The notes under the pieces: model-generated
The model's input: only the letters and a program-made list of their open reading frames with translations
What the model was told of the DNA's origin: nothing
Databases searched by the model: none
In this document: one piece after another, positions 1 through 12,749 of the stretch
How positions within the stretch are numbered: position 1 is the stretch's first letter
How the letters are laid out: each line of letters starts with the position of its first letter
Translations under genes and position numbers: made by a program
NCBI GenBank assembly: GCA_976551045.1
Contig: CDPCPM010000050.1
Coordinates: 15,066,001-15,130,000, forward strand
Length of the DNA: 64,000 nt
DNA from: Glaucostegus cemiculus
Lineage: Eukaryota
Direction: 5' to 3'

Positions 1-1671
1 CAAAGCACTGAATCTAATTCAAGTTCAATGTTCCTGGAATGATGCAATTAATCACTGGGGAAAAGCAATCAAACAAGTTAAGTAACCAGCTCATGTTTCT
101 CATTGAAGCAGAAAGTTGTTAGCTGAACTGGTTAAGACTCGCTAGACCAGGTATCTGTCTTAATTCTTTTAGGCAATCAAGTTCAGAAGACACACCCTGT
201 CTTTACAAAACAATTGAAATTGGACTCAACACTAGAACAAGCAATACTTTTGAAAGGCGTAGAAAAGACCTTTCCTTTTCTAATAGAGGTTAAATGTCAA
301 TTGGCCTGACGTCTCAATGGAGTCTGCCTTGCTTGTTAAATTTACAATTACTTTCATGAAAGGTGTTGCAATACAATTTGGTATCGATGGTTCTTCAAAC
401 TGACTCCACTGGTAACAGGTGAAGTGAAGGAAACACTACATTTCCACCCACTTTTTCCTCTCCCCATGCAGTATTCTCTTCATGAAACATAATAAAAAAA
501 TAAAGCAACCTTAAAGTTAATTTATAAATAAAATTTAATTTTATCAATAATAAGATTATGGACCTTCCTACTACCAGCCCTTAGTAAAACAAACAAAGCT
601 CCCAACTAGTAGCAACTCTTACCCGACTTGGATGCATAAATCTGGCAGCCCTGATTCTGTTCATTCAAACTGATGCTGATTAGCAAAGAACTGCACTGTC
701 TTCCTTCCATGAATAACAACAATTACTAAAGTGATCACTGACACATTCAAATGAACAGACTATGATAAAAATATGCAGTTTTAGGCAAGACTGGAGTTAG
801 TGACCGAAATAATTTTACACTGTCAATACTTTTTCTAAAAAAGGTTTACTCTGGATAATGGATTTGGGACAAAGTGTTAGAAAAATAAGCTGGGCAACAA
901 AAAATTACTATGTACACACCCGATTTCCACTGCACAAAGACACTCTTGCAGTCTATCGATACTTGCGTCACTAACACCACTCTGTCAATTATGATTGCTC
1001 CTATACAAGTTTAGCAAACACTAATCTCTTTCAGGAGATCATGGTCCTTATTGTATTGAAAGTGCATGTTTTGCACATAGAAATTAGTCCACTCAGGTAT
1101 TTTTGTATTCAGAAATAGCACAAAATCTGACCCCCGCAAAAAAATTTGCAAAATTGGTCAAAACCAAGCACATAGCAGCATTTGAATGTTTTATACCCAG
1201 TAAGTGCTAAAACATAATTTACACTGTTCCCATCAGCACATGCCAAATTCAATAGAGAGGCTGACACTTTGCTGTGCAATAATCAAAAGAAAGGCAGTAA
1301 CTCTTAAAGGCACATACCCGATGGCAGCTGGATAGCAGCAACATAACATGACTGCCATCGAGAAGCGAGCTCCCAGATTTTGAGAGGGACACCACTTATC
1401 ATCTCTTCTTTGGCTTATGTGAAGCAGTTGGAAACATTTTTTCACTGTTAATAAATACTCAATAAAGAAAATTTGTTTTAATTAGAGTCAACATGAAAAG
1501 TGATAGCTATTACTCAGTGCAGTGAATTGGAAGAACATAAATGCATGCTCATACCAATCACTTAAACCTATTTTAAACTGTTTCACGCACATAGCATAGC
1601 CAGCCTTGGCAAAGCTAATCTACTGCCATTCCCAGGCATACTGAGAAGGCATGACCAGCTTCTCCTTGTAG

Positions 1672-1935
1672 ACACGGTAGTGTAGCGGTTAGCATAACGC
1701 TATTACAGCACCGGCAACCCAGGTTCAATTCCAGCCACTATCTGTAAGAAGCTTGTACATTCTCCCCGTGTCTGTGTGGGTTTCCTCCCACATTCTAAGG
1801 ACGTACGTGTTAGGAAGTTGTGGGCATGCTATGTTGGCACCAGAAGCATGGTGACACTTGCAGGCTGCCCCCAGAACACTCTACGCAAAAAGAGGCATTT
1901 CATTGTGTGTTTTGAGGTACATGTGACTGATATAT
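1672..1935 (+). mobile_element. tRNA-derived V-SINE (HE1-like)
   Basis: Pol III box A-like TAGTGTAGCGG and box B GGTTCAATTCC, followed by V-domain-like TGTACATTCTCCCCGTGTCTGTGTGGGTTTCCTCC. Confidence 0.8.
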
Positions 1936-2587
1936 CTTGTCTCTTGCAAAACTGCAGGTGTTCTCATGATGCTTCTCTGTCATTAGATCAAAATTATAAA
2001 CACATCATCTCTTTGTTATCGTTATCAGGGTTGTGCATGACCTAGAAAAGTAAATTGTAAGCATTGATATTTCTACGGCAATGGTGCTCTTGATCTTTCC
2101 GCAGTAAAGATTGCAGGTGCTGTCAAAGTAACACTAAAATAGCACCTAGAAATAACTGGTTGCAAAGTGACTTTAAGGTCACAGAGATAAGGAGTCATAG
2201 CAGTCAATCCACCTTTAACCAGACTATAGCAATGTGATGAGTCAAATGCAACAGCTTAGTGTAAAATATGTACAATGAAAAGTTCATGAGAGAAGACAGG
2301 GTTTTCAAAAACTTGATCATTTTAGAAGACACCAAATGCAGCAATGTCATATTTCATTAAAATTACTGACGATACAGCAGTACAAATCATATAGTTCTGC
2401 GTTAGAAGTACTTCTTCAATACCTTCTGAATCGTCAATTATTCAGAGCACCTGCTTCACAATAACAGATTTGATTACCTTTTTTTAGACATGCTTCCAAA
2501 GACATAGCCACAAGGTCTAAGCAGGAGCTTATCCTGAAGCATTGCTTTAACTTAGTAGGCAAATGTCTTTTCTAAATCTTAAAAACA

Positions 2588-2740
2588 GGAAATGCTGAAA
2601 AAGTTCAGCAGGTCAGGTAGTATTTAGGGAAAGGGAAATGGTCACTTCTACAAGAAGGTCTCTTTCCACAGATGCTGCTGACATTTTCCAGAATTTTCTA
2701 TTTTTAACTTTAGATTTCCAGCACCTTCAGTTTTTGATTT
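2588..2740. repeat. Short palindromic Penelope-associated repeat (AAATGCTG...CAGCAGGTCAGG family)
   Basis: Same motif family recurs at about 21890, 25215, 32670, 37830, 45075 and 59115; internally self-complementary (CAGCAGGTCAGG vs GCTGCTGAC/TTCCAGCA). Confidence 0.6.
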
Positions 2741-3497
2741 TCATTTACTCTTTTATAAAAAAAAGCTCGTCTATGTACAAGGTGGTAGCTGAACATTTGA
2801 AAACCACCTCCAAATGGCACATTAACCAAGTTTATAATGTAACATTTAAAGCTTCCTTCCTAAATTTGTGCTCAATTATATACGTGATAACTTAAAGCTA
2901 ATTGACCAAAGAACTATTTGCCCATTTCCTTCAACTTTATTACACCAAAGTGAGAAACCTAATCCTGGAGGATGCTGGTGTAAAATTTAACACAAGCATA
3001 AACAAGAGTTGTAAATCTGTGGCAACATGTCCTCAGGGCACGAAGTGCAGCTCAATTTGTGAAGATTTCCTCAATTTGGTATTTCAAAGACTATGATCAA
3101 CATTATTTCATTACTTTACACTTTGCTGGCTAAAGCACACCAAGGAAGTGTTTACAGTGGTCAGTCATAAGAAACAGCAACTTAAGGAACTACCAGCATA
3201 TCTGATATTTAATGTAAAGAAATTAGTAGCACCTTCCCTCATTAACCAAACCCCTGCTATGAGCCTCAATCAGTCTAACTCCCACTAGCTGCCCTCAGTT
3301 AATAGACCATTACTATTTATCTCAAGTATTAAATACTTATCTTCTAAATTTTTCAAATGTATTTGCTCACTCACTAAAAGGTGTTAATTTGTCAGCAGTA
3401 TTTGGGTGCATAGTTTATTAGGCAGAGTGGATCACATCAGGTTAATGATGAAATATTCCAGTCAAAGGCTTTAACAAAATTGGTTTTATATAGTTTT

Positions 3498-4187
3498 GGT
3501 TAGGCAGAGATCCAGCTTTATTCTTGGGAATGCTATGAATGAATTATTTGCTTTTTATGTTAATGATATGTCAATTTAACTACTCAATGGAAGAGTTATT
3601 GACAAGAGAACCATGGAGACCTATAATGTAGGAGGAGTGTGTCTCCTCTATCTCTGCTACCGCTTTGCCATTAGAGTTAAACTGTAACTGTCCTGTATAT
3701 TCGTATTAAAATTGTCAAATTGGAACAAGATAAAAATGATCATATGCTTGGATATTCAATTTCATAATAAATTGATTTTTCAATGAGTGAGGCATGATAG
3801 GAAACATTTCTGGATCATATGCATCACTCAGAATATTTAATTGAATGCTTCTTTTTGGAAATCACCCTTGCAAACCCAACACAATACCTACATCAGGGCC
3901 ACACAGCTGAGCATCACCCCCCATGCCACATTCATTTTGGGGCATTGAAGGATTACCAGAGACAGCTTTCACAGGGCGCTTCCATTCCATCCAGCACAGC
4001 ACCCACCTGGGACAGTCACAGAGCACAGAACCAGGCTCTTCAGACAGTCACATCTGTGCTAGCCATCAGGTCAGACAGAGATCCAGCTTTATTCTTGGGA
4101 GAGCTAGGAATGAATTATTTGTCTTTTATGTTAATAGTACGTCAATTTAACTACTCAATGGGAGGGTAATTGACCAGAGAACATGGA
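3498..4187 (+). repeat. Pair of about 120-bp imperfect direct repeats (3498-3617 and 4069-4187)
   Basis: Both copies read CAGAGATCCAGCTTTATTCTTGGGA...GAATGAATTATTTG...TTTTATGTTAAT...GTCAATTTAACTACTCAATGG...ATTGAC.AGAGAAC. Confidence 0.85.
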
Positions 4188-4189
4188 TA

Positions 4190-4532
4190 TTAACCATCAA
4201 CATTAATCTTATTTTCCAGCACTTGCCATTCTATGCCATGGCGTTTCAGATGTTCATCTAAATACTGAATAAATGATGCACGGATACCTGCCTCCACCAC
4301 CCCTTAGGTGATGCTTCCAGATTTCAACCTCCCTCAAGGTGAACAAATTCTTTCTCCCATCCCCTCTAAATCTCTGATCCCTCATGTAAAACTTATGCCA
4401 TCTGGTTATAGACACCTCTGCTAAAGGGAAAGGTCTCTCACCACTAATGCTCCTCATAATTTTCTGTACCTCTCAGGATCCCCTCAGTCTTCTCCACTTC
4501 AAAAACAAAGCCAGCCTATCCAGTTTCTCCAA
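4190..4532 (-). mobile_element. Degenerate CR1-type LINE 3' fragment
   Basis: Minus ORF 4254-4457 (FPLAEVSITRWHKF...RFRGDGRKNLFT.R) matches the typical CR1 ORF2 C-terminus TRGH...FR...RK.FF..R. Confidence 0.75.
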
Positions 4533-7500
4533 CCATATTGAATGTCCCACACATTTGTAGTTTATATTCATTTCCATTACCCTAAACAAGCTATGTCAAT
4601 GTGATGCAAATGACATCATAATTGCCAGCAGATACCTTTCTCACAATTCCATTTACAGTTGTACACAAGAGGCAACAATTGTTCTCTAATCTCATAACTG
4701 CAACTGTTACTTCTGGATGAACATGTGAAGTACATAAAAGTGATCCTAAAGCCATTTTTTTTTAAATGTCCAACTCATTTCTTCTGACTTCTAATAATTC
4801 AACACAGCTATAGTATTGATCATTCTCAAATGAAACGTAGTGACAGCCCATTGACAAGTGGTGTTGAGCAACTGCAGATCAAATGAACTGACGATCAAGA
4901 CTCTTGCACTGGTCAGAAGGTTCCTGATTTCAATCATGTCAAGTAGCACCTGCTGACTGGAAGTGTTTCCCAAAATAAAAAAAATGGTCCAATTAGACCT
5001 AGCCAAGTGCCTCCAGATAGCTAGGAATCAACACAACTGGGACTCGAGGGCAAATCTCAATGGAGCATGCAGCACAGGAGGATTCTAAAGAAGGATGGTG
5101 AGTAAAACAAAACACTCCTTAATGCCTTTCACTTATCAAATGACCTTATGACCATGAAGGACAATGACACCTTAATATTTTTTATCTTCAAGGAACTGCA
5201 TTTTAAAAAGAGACACAAGATAGATAATTTTCAAAATGTAGGAATAAAATTACATTCCTTTATCACAAGGTTACAAAACAAAGCAAACAACTCACAATAA
5301 ATACAGCCAAAATCAAGAGTGCTTTTGTTTTTTTTACAGATATGGTGCATCAAGGAACTCCGCTTTTCAATTCCTTGACCCTTTGAACTAAAACCAATTC
5401 TTCAAGAAGAGAATAACAATTTATTTTTACTTAGAATCTAATCACTAACTGCAGTTATATAAATGCGATCAACATGATAATAAGTAAACAACTTAGTGGT
5501 TCACACATCGTATGTTGTAACTGCTGTAAAATTGATCAATGTACTAAACTCTCAAAGATAGTGATAGGAAAGTGCAAGAATTAGAACTATATTGACCTCT
5601 TGCAGATCAAAGTGATTTAAAAAAATATTGCAATTAGATTGTCACGAAAGAGCTTGTTACCAAACAGTTACAATTAAACTATGAAAGTTAGAACTGAAGT
5701 TAATGTCACATGTTTAATTATTAACATGTAATTGCAAAGATACTGACAATATTTCACTTTCTCAGCTACAATAGTTAACCACTGACATGCACACACTATT
5801 AGTTGCATAGCACAGGAACTCTAATGTGCAATCACATCACTCAACTAATGATTTATTAGGCAAAGCCACCAACATGCATGATACCAAACACTACAGTCTG
5901 AAACATTCGAATATTTAATTCCCTCTCTGTACCAAGTCACAGCAAACTAAGTGGCGTGCATTCTTATGTACAAAAACATGCCACCTGGTTCTCCACTCCC
6001 CAGACTGAGCTCAGGAAGACTGGGAGGAAAAGAATAAAACTTGAAGCGGCTGGGGGTTGACTCTTCCCACAGGACATGTAACGTACTTGCCTTGCAGGTC
6101 TCCCAACACTGTGGGATTAAGACCATGCTGTCCCAGGATAACAATCCAAAAATCAGTGTCCCAGAACACTGCGGTGCAAGTTCCCAAGCAATGTTCCAAA
6201 AGGACCACTGCAAGGGGAACGATGACATTCCCTGCTCTCTGATGTGGGAATCACGCTGTGGTCACAAGCGTGAACCATGGCAGGAAAAACCTAGTCAAAT
6301 TTTCCATGTGGCATAAAATGGCCATATGAGCATTTAACTCATACAAAAAAAATCTATTTTCAACTGCAGGAAGATGAAACTGCATAGTGAAAGTGAATTT
6401 CCAACCAGGTATCCTTCATGTGGAACAACATTTTAAGATGCTTCAGAGATGAATAACCAACAAAAGTTGAAGAAGTTACAACCAAAAACTTGATCAAAAG
6501 GGCAGGTTTTAAGAAGACCATCTTAAAGTAGAAGAGATACAGAAGTGAAATGGACATTTAAAAAGGAAACCACAGAGCATACAGTTTAGGTAGACGTACC
6601 TAGCAAGAGCAGGCTGAAGAGAAGGCGAAGTGCAAAGTCACACAAACAGAAGCTGCTAGGGAATGGGAAGGGCAAGAGGCTCAGAACTTGAGGGTGTGCA
6701 TTAAATTAAAGGCATCAGGAACTTTGGGTTGCCAAGAATAGAAACATAGTGAACAGGACACAAGCAGTAGACAGTTGAAACAGCTGAAGTTTACTAACCA
6801 ATGGGGTAGGTGACCAGCTCAGACAACACTGGAATAGATATGTCTAGAGATGATGAAGGCATAGTTAAAGGATAAAACGGCATAGAACAAAGCAGACCAT
6901 ACCAAAGAACAAGCAGGATGACGGTAAGTAAAGATCCTGCTGAGGAAAAGGGGAATAGACAAGGAAGTGATCAAGCAAGTCAATGGCTTCAATCACATAG
7001 AGCCACCATTTAGTACTGCCACCAATCAACATGCACCATTCACAAACCAATGCTGTTCTACTGCCACCCTCTAGAAGTGCTAGAGTGGCCAAAGGTAATT
7101 CTTCTGAGTCTTCCCTTCATTTATGTGAAGTAACAGTAAATCTTCATATTTTATGAAAATAGACAAGAAGAACTGAGCATATGTTAATTTAAGAGCATCA
7201 ATCTACATTTCATCAACTACAGTGAAGCAAATTCAATTTTCAGTGAATTGTTGCATCTCAATAGGTTTTCCCATTTAAGGGAGGTTCACAACTGTACAAC
7301 AGGTTTTCATTCAAGATTTAAAATTGACTTGTTTCATGCAACTTGAATAGTTCCGAGAGCTTTCTTTGTCTGAATGGCTGTAAGTGTGTATTGCTGTGTA
7401 GTGAGGACACTGGCTCTGCAATGCCATCTCCCCTACAAGGCAAAGGAGCCAAATTAAGAGACTTAAAATGACAAAACAAAAATCACTGAGGCATCCTGAG

Positions 7501-8669
7501 TTAATGACTGCACTTCTCTTGTTGAATATGGTCCTTCACTACCTCAAGAAGCCTGCCAAGCCAGATTCCTGAGGATTCAAAGCACCCCACTGTACAAACA
7601 AATGATTCAACAAAGATTCAACAGAAATAGACAGGAAAAACAACAAATCCCAAACCACTTTTTAAATAACTGTACAGTCATTAAAAGCCCATAATCTAAT
7701 ATTTGGTCTTTAAGCATGTATCTGTGCTAGCCAAATCCTTTTCCAATATTTTGTCAATGTCTGCCCTATTTTGCTGTGTTTTCTACAATTCTATCAAAGC
7801 TTCAGGAAGAATGATCACAAGTAGGAATATTAAATGTTTTTCTCCGCCTCCCGAACCCAGGGACAAAAAGGCTAATTAGATCACACCAACACTCTCCTGC
7901 CTCAGGATGAACCTAGCACCTTAACTGTCAGGTTCAGTCACATCACACTGCATCACCAGGGACGTTTACATTCACACTGCTTCAGAAACTGGTATTAACT
8001 CCTAATAACACTGCTCACACATTTTCCAGTGGGGAGGGGGGAAGAGAACAACATTTTATGCAAAAAATTAGTTTACAGAAGTATCAGATTCTAAACAAAT
8101 CCAGCAAAGAGAGATTATTGGGCACAAGTCAAGCAAAGGATTCTCACACCAGAGTACTAATTAAAACATACCCTTGTGAACGGTATCCAATAACTACAGC
8201 CACTGGAAGTCAGATGTTCTTTTTTAACCAAGACACTCATTTCCTTTCATTTCACCACTCCACAATCCAGGAGTCAACAGCACACAAGATCTTATTCACG
8301 TTCATAATATCAATGAGGTTCCTTTATAGGTTGCACTCACAGCACGAAGTTTATATATGCCCAGATGAAAGTGGAAATCCTATAGCGCAAAACTCATTAC
8401 AACAGAGGTTGAACTGTTCCTAATCATGACCTAAGGCTGACTGTGTGTAATATTTGTAAATTTAAAGGTAGAAATTCTGTGAACTGCCTGCACTGATGGA
8501 GCAAATGCCTTCTTGTAATCTGAGTTCAACAGCCTCCTTTGCACCCATTCTAACCAGTTAAGAACCACATTATATTAAAGAAAAATCGATTCATTTTTAT
8601 TACTTCCAATTTACAATATCCTCTCATTATTTCCAATTTATAACATCCTCTCATTCACCGTTACTTGGT

Positions 8670-9146
8670 TTATGAGGTTAATTCCGGGGATGTCGGGACT
8701 GTCTTATGCAGAGAGGTTGGATAGACTGGGATTGTACACGCTGGAATTGAGAAGATTGAGAGGTGATCTGATTGAAACATACAAGATTGTTAAGAGATTG
8801 GACAAGATAGAGACAGGAAATATGTTCCAGATGTTGGGGAAGTCCAGGACCAGAGGCCATGATTTAAGAATAAGAGGTAGGCCATTTAGGACAGAGGTGA
8901 GGGAAAACTTCTTCTCCCAGAGGGTTGTGAGTTTGTGGAATGCACTGCCTCAGAGGGCAGTGGAGGCCAATTCTCTGGGCACTTTCAAGAAGGAGCTAGA
9001 TAGGTTTCTTATAGATAGGGGAATCAAGGGATATGGGGACAAGGCAGGAACGGGATATTGAGTGTTGAGGATCAGCCATGATCTCAAAATGGCGGAGCAG
9101 ACTCTTAAGGGCTGAATGGTCTACTTCTGCTCCTATTGTCTATTGT
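8670..9146 (+). mobile_element. 5'-truncated CR1/HER1-like LINE, well preserved
   Basis: Uninterrupted ORF RLIPGMSGLSYAERLDRLGLYTLELRRLRGDLIETYKI...TRGH.LRIRGRPFRTEVRENFFSQRVV.LWNALP, then 3' tail AAGGGCTGAATGGTCTACTTCTGCTCCTATTGTCTATTG. Confidence 0.92.
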
Positions 9147-11194
9147 TTCTGAAGCACAACTTGAGTAAAGATCTTGCTGAGGAAAAGGGGAAAGAGCACC
9201 AGGCGTAAATATTTTTCTCCTATACTTAGAATACACAATTTAAAAATTGCAGAAATGGTTGGTAGCTGAGCCATTGTTCTGTGGGAAGGAAGTAAAGATA
9301 TATTTGAAACTTCAACTAATTTTCTGTGTTTCCTCAATTCCTCACCATGTCTGATCTAATTAGCTGAACGAGTTGGAAGGAGTAAAGAGCAGTGAAACTA
9401 GGAATTTAGGATTTGGCTCAGCTGTGATGGGTATGTGCCCTGACATTCATCATGGAGCTGTGAATAAAAGATGGCCAGCTGGGTGAAATCCTGTGGGTAT
9501 GTGCATTAGTAATGGAAGAAAGGAGGAAAATAAAAATTGGTAGAATAACTGAGCAAAGTGATAAAAGGCAAAAATCATCCTCATGAAGAAAATGTTTTAA
9601 GTTCCTTTGGTTTTACCTCTGAATTACTTTTGCCATCATACACAAGATAAACATCATCCATGCACTTTCACTTTCTATCATTTCTCACAGTACAAAGGCT
9701 GAAATGTCATCCACCCACCACTTAACCATAAACTATTTCCTTTTGTTTCTACCAGCACTGGTCAGACAATAGAGTTTATTATTTGCGTCATGGCTGATAC
9801 ACTTAACATCTGCAACCTTCAAAAAAAAGGCAGGTATTCTTTTAAATGTCATTCAACCATTTCTACAAAATTATTTTCCAAAATCAAAATTCAAAATAGC
9901 CAAAACTGAATTTCTTTTGAATCCACCTTCCTATTGTTACAAAATTGTTAGCGCACACAAACAGCTGTACATGCGTTGCAACAGACTCATTTTAGGGACA
10001 AGCACATTAAGATTTTTTTATTCCATTCCCTAATACAACTTGTATTTATACCTAAATACCAAAAAGGGCAACAACTCTTACAATTCTCAATAATAAATGA
10101 ATACAATATTCAATGTTCATTCTAAAAATCTTATTTCCAACAAATGTATTTTTACAGTATTCCCTTTAATATGTATATGTATGTATATGGTTGTGACAAT
10201 AAAACTGATTCTGATTCTAAAGCAAAGAATATCTCAAGACTCCTTCACCATGAAGATGAATAGAAAACAGCAAAGAGACCAATTGTTGTCGATGGAAAAT
10301 ATAGTTGCAAAAGATCAAGTGGATTAGAAATGAGCAACTAGAAGGATTTGGACCTCAATTTGTTGAGTCACAGGAAGTGTGCAGAATTATATAGAAAGTA
10401 ACTCAGGGCACAACAGTCTAGATGAGCTGCAATTTATAAGGTTAGGTAGAAGTAAGGTCACTGGCAAGAAATGTAGTTAAGTTACCAATTCATGAAGGAA
10501 TTAATGCACAATTGAAGGCTGCAACATTTGACTAGAAATGCTTACCCAGATTCCATTTTTGCAACAGTCCAGAGTACAAGAAAACAATAGAACAATAGAC
10601 CAGCTAAATGGCAAATTGACTAGTGGAACTGCACACTACCAGATTCCACATAAGCAGGTAACCAGCACATGGAAAGGGGCAAAGGCACACTGGCCTCAAA
10701 AGTAGAAATGATTAGGTTCCGGTTTATCATATTCTGGCAGTGAACCAGCATTAGCCTTGTTCAAATCGATTTAAAATTGAAAATCTATTACGAATACAAG
10801 AGAGGAAGCCATGTTTTTTGACGTTTCCAATATGATGTCATTATTTATGCAATCATGGATATATTTTACATCAAAATGTGCCTTCTAAAACATATTCCCT
10901 GCTAACATACAATAAGCATATCCACAAGAAAAGCCAAAAAAAACAACAATGTGGGTGACTGAACCATGCCATATTCTAATTATAATATGTTAACATTAGT
11001 TTTCCTCTGTGCAAACCACTGAGATTAATTCTAATATCCTCTGTGACTAATTATTTAGAAATGTACTTCAGCCCTTATCAGTGCAACCAACTAGGCCAAC
11101 AAAACAAGAAATGTCATTATTAATTATAAAACCAGGGTCACCAAAATCTACAATCTCTTCTCTAGTTATGGACGTTAAATCAGAACCTTTGTTC

Positions 11195-11950
11195 AATCTC
11201 CTTGACAATTCCTTGGGGTCAAGGATGACTTGCTTCTATTCCATTTCTGTAAGGCCTGAGGTATTCAAAGTGTCTTTTGTAGCTTGCACAGACTCTGCCT
11301 TTCGTAGGGCAGGTGGTACTTGATGGGGTGGATGGCATTGTCCACTCTTTCAGCTGCATATGCATGACATCCCATCATATAGACTGTCAAGCTGATCAGT
11401 GCCTTTGCTGACGCTCCTTCTCCACTTTAAGCAGCCACAGGTCAGTTGACAAAGATATTACACTTCTTCAAAGAGGCTTTGAGAAAGGATTTTAAATGTT
11501 TTCTGTCCTCCTGGAAATCTCTTGACATTACTGAATGAAGATCAGGGTACCTGTTTCTGCAGCCTGATGTGAGGAATGCAACAGCTGGCTGAGTGTGATC
11601 ACACCCTCAATGTTGGGGTTGTTGGCTTAGTGGAGGAGATTCTCCTGGTTCACCTATCCTGCCAATGGATTCAGAGGATTTTGAGGAGACAGCATTGGTT
11701 GTACTTCCCTGCTTTGGGATGGCTGGCAACATCCCCAAAGCATATGGGACAGTAGGGATCACTACTACTACGAGTCCGGTGTCAGATGAGGTCTTAGTCT
11801 CATGGATACCCTTTTCCTCAATTGGCCAAAGGCTGAACTGGTGTACTGAAGGCAGTAGTGAATTTCAACATCTGCCTTCACTGAGAGATGGCTCCCAAAG
11901 AATGGAAAAGGTTCCATATTTTTCAGGATCTTACTGTGAATCTTGATTGC
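11195..11950 (-). mobile_element. Decayed RTE-clade LINE 3' part
   Basis: Minus strand translates to CLLKIL*IHWQDR, PGGQKTFK..LKASLKKCNI and KWRRSV, typical of RTE ORF C-termini, with stops and frameshifts. Confidence 0.75.
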
Positions 11951-12749
11951 TGGTTACATCAGAGGCAGGTTGGTAGAGGACTATACCTTTAAACTGGAGA
12001 AGGAGCATTTACAAATCTTTGATCACCATGAGTCTTTATGACCAACTGCCACTTCAGTGAAATATCCATCATTTCATGTGATGCAGTGTATCAAAACCCT
12101 TGTTCTAATAACACGATGAACACTGGGCAGGAAAGTAGATGTCCAAGACAAACAGAACTTTAATTAATACTCATGGTTCAAGTAAAAGTTCAGAACAGTT
12201 TGATAATATTAGCAGCATGGTTGACCTGATATTTCTGCATACAATGGTTATGTAAATGATTTCCAAAAGTATAAGGTGATTTCAATTTATTTCCTCATGG
12301 CTAGAACAAATATTCACTAAAATTCATTTCTAATCAAATGCAAACATACAAGTGCTACAAGCCCAGATAATGTCTTGTGGAGCAATGAAAAACATTACCC
12401 TTCCTACAGAACACTTGAATGGGTCACAGTTTGTAACAGTGGAGATAAATATTGCTTTCTTTGTGCAATTTACCTTTAGTTTGTATATTAGCATCGTTAA
12501 TTGAAGATAAGATTATTATTTTTAAAAATATTCCTGATTTAACTTGGTTATGCATGTTTCTCAATACCACCACCAGACCAAAGTTTCTCTGCATCTGTTC
12601 TTAGAAATCTTTTTATCTAATTTAAACCATTATATTTCCAAGTACCTTGACCAGATGATCCTTTAGGATGTTTCTAAACCCATAAAGGTGTGCTAGAATG
12701 TTGCTAACTATCCTCACAATATTGCTCTTTATGCCTTGGTAATAATTAT

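Noticed and set aside
1672-1745. tRNA-like sequences here and at about 55190 and 58770
   Set aside because: SINE heads that continue into V or Deu domains; no intact cloverleaf
6060-6265. Two TGTGGGAA (RBPJ/CSL) sites about 180 bp apart with a TGTGGT nearby
   Set aside because: Short motifs without paired-site spacing; cannot be distinguished from chance without conservation data
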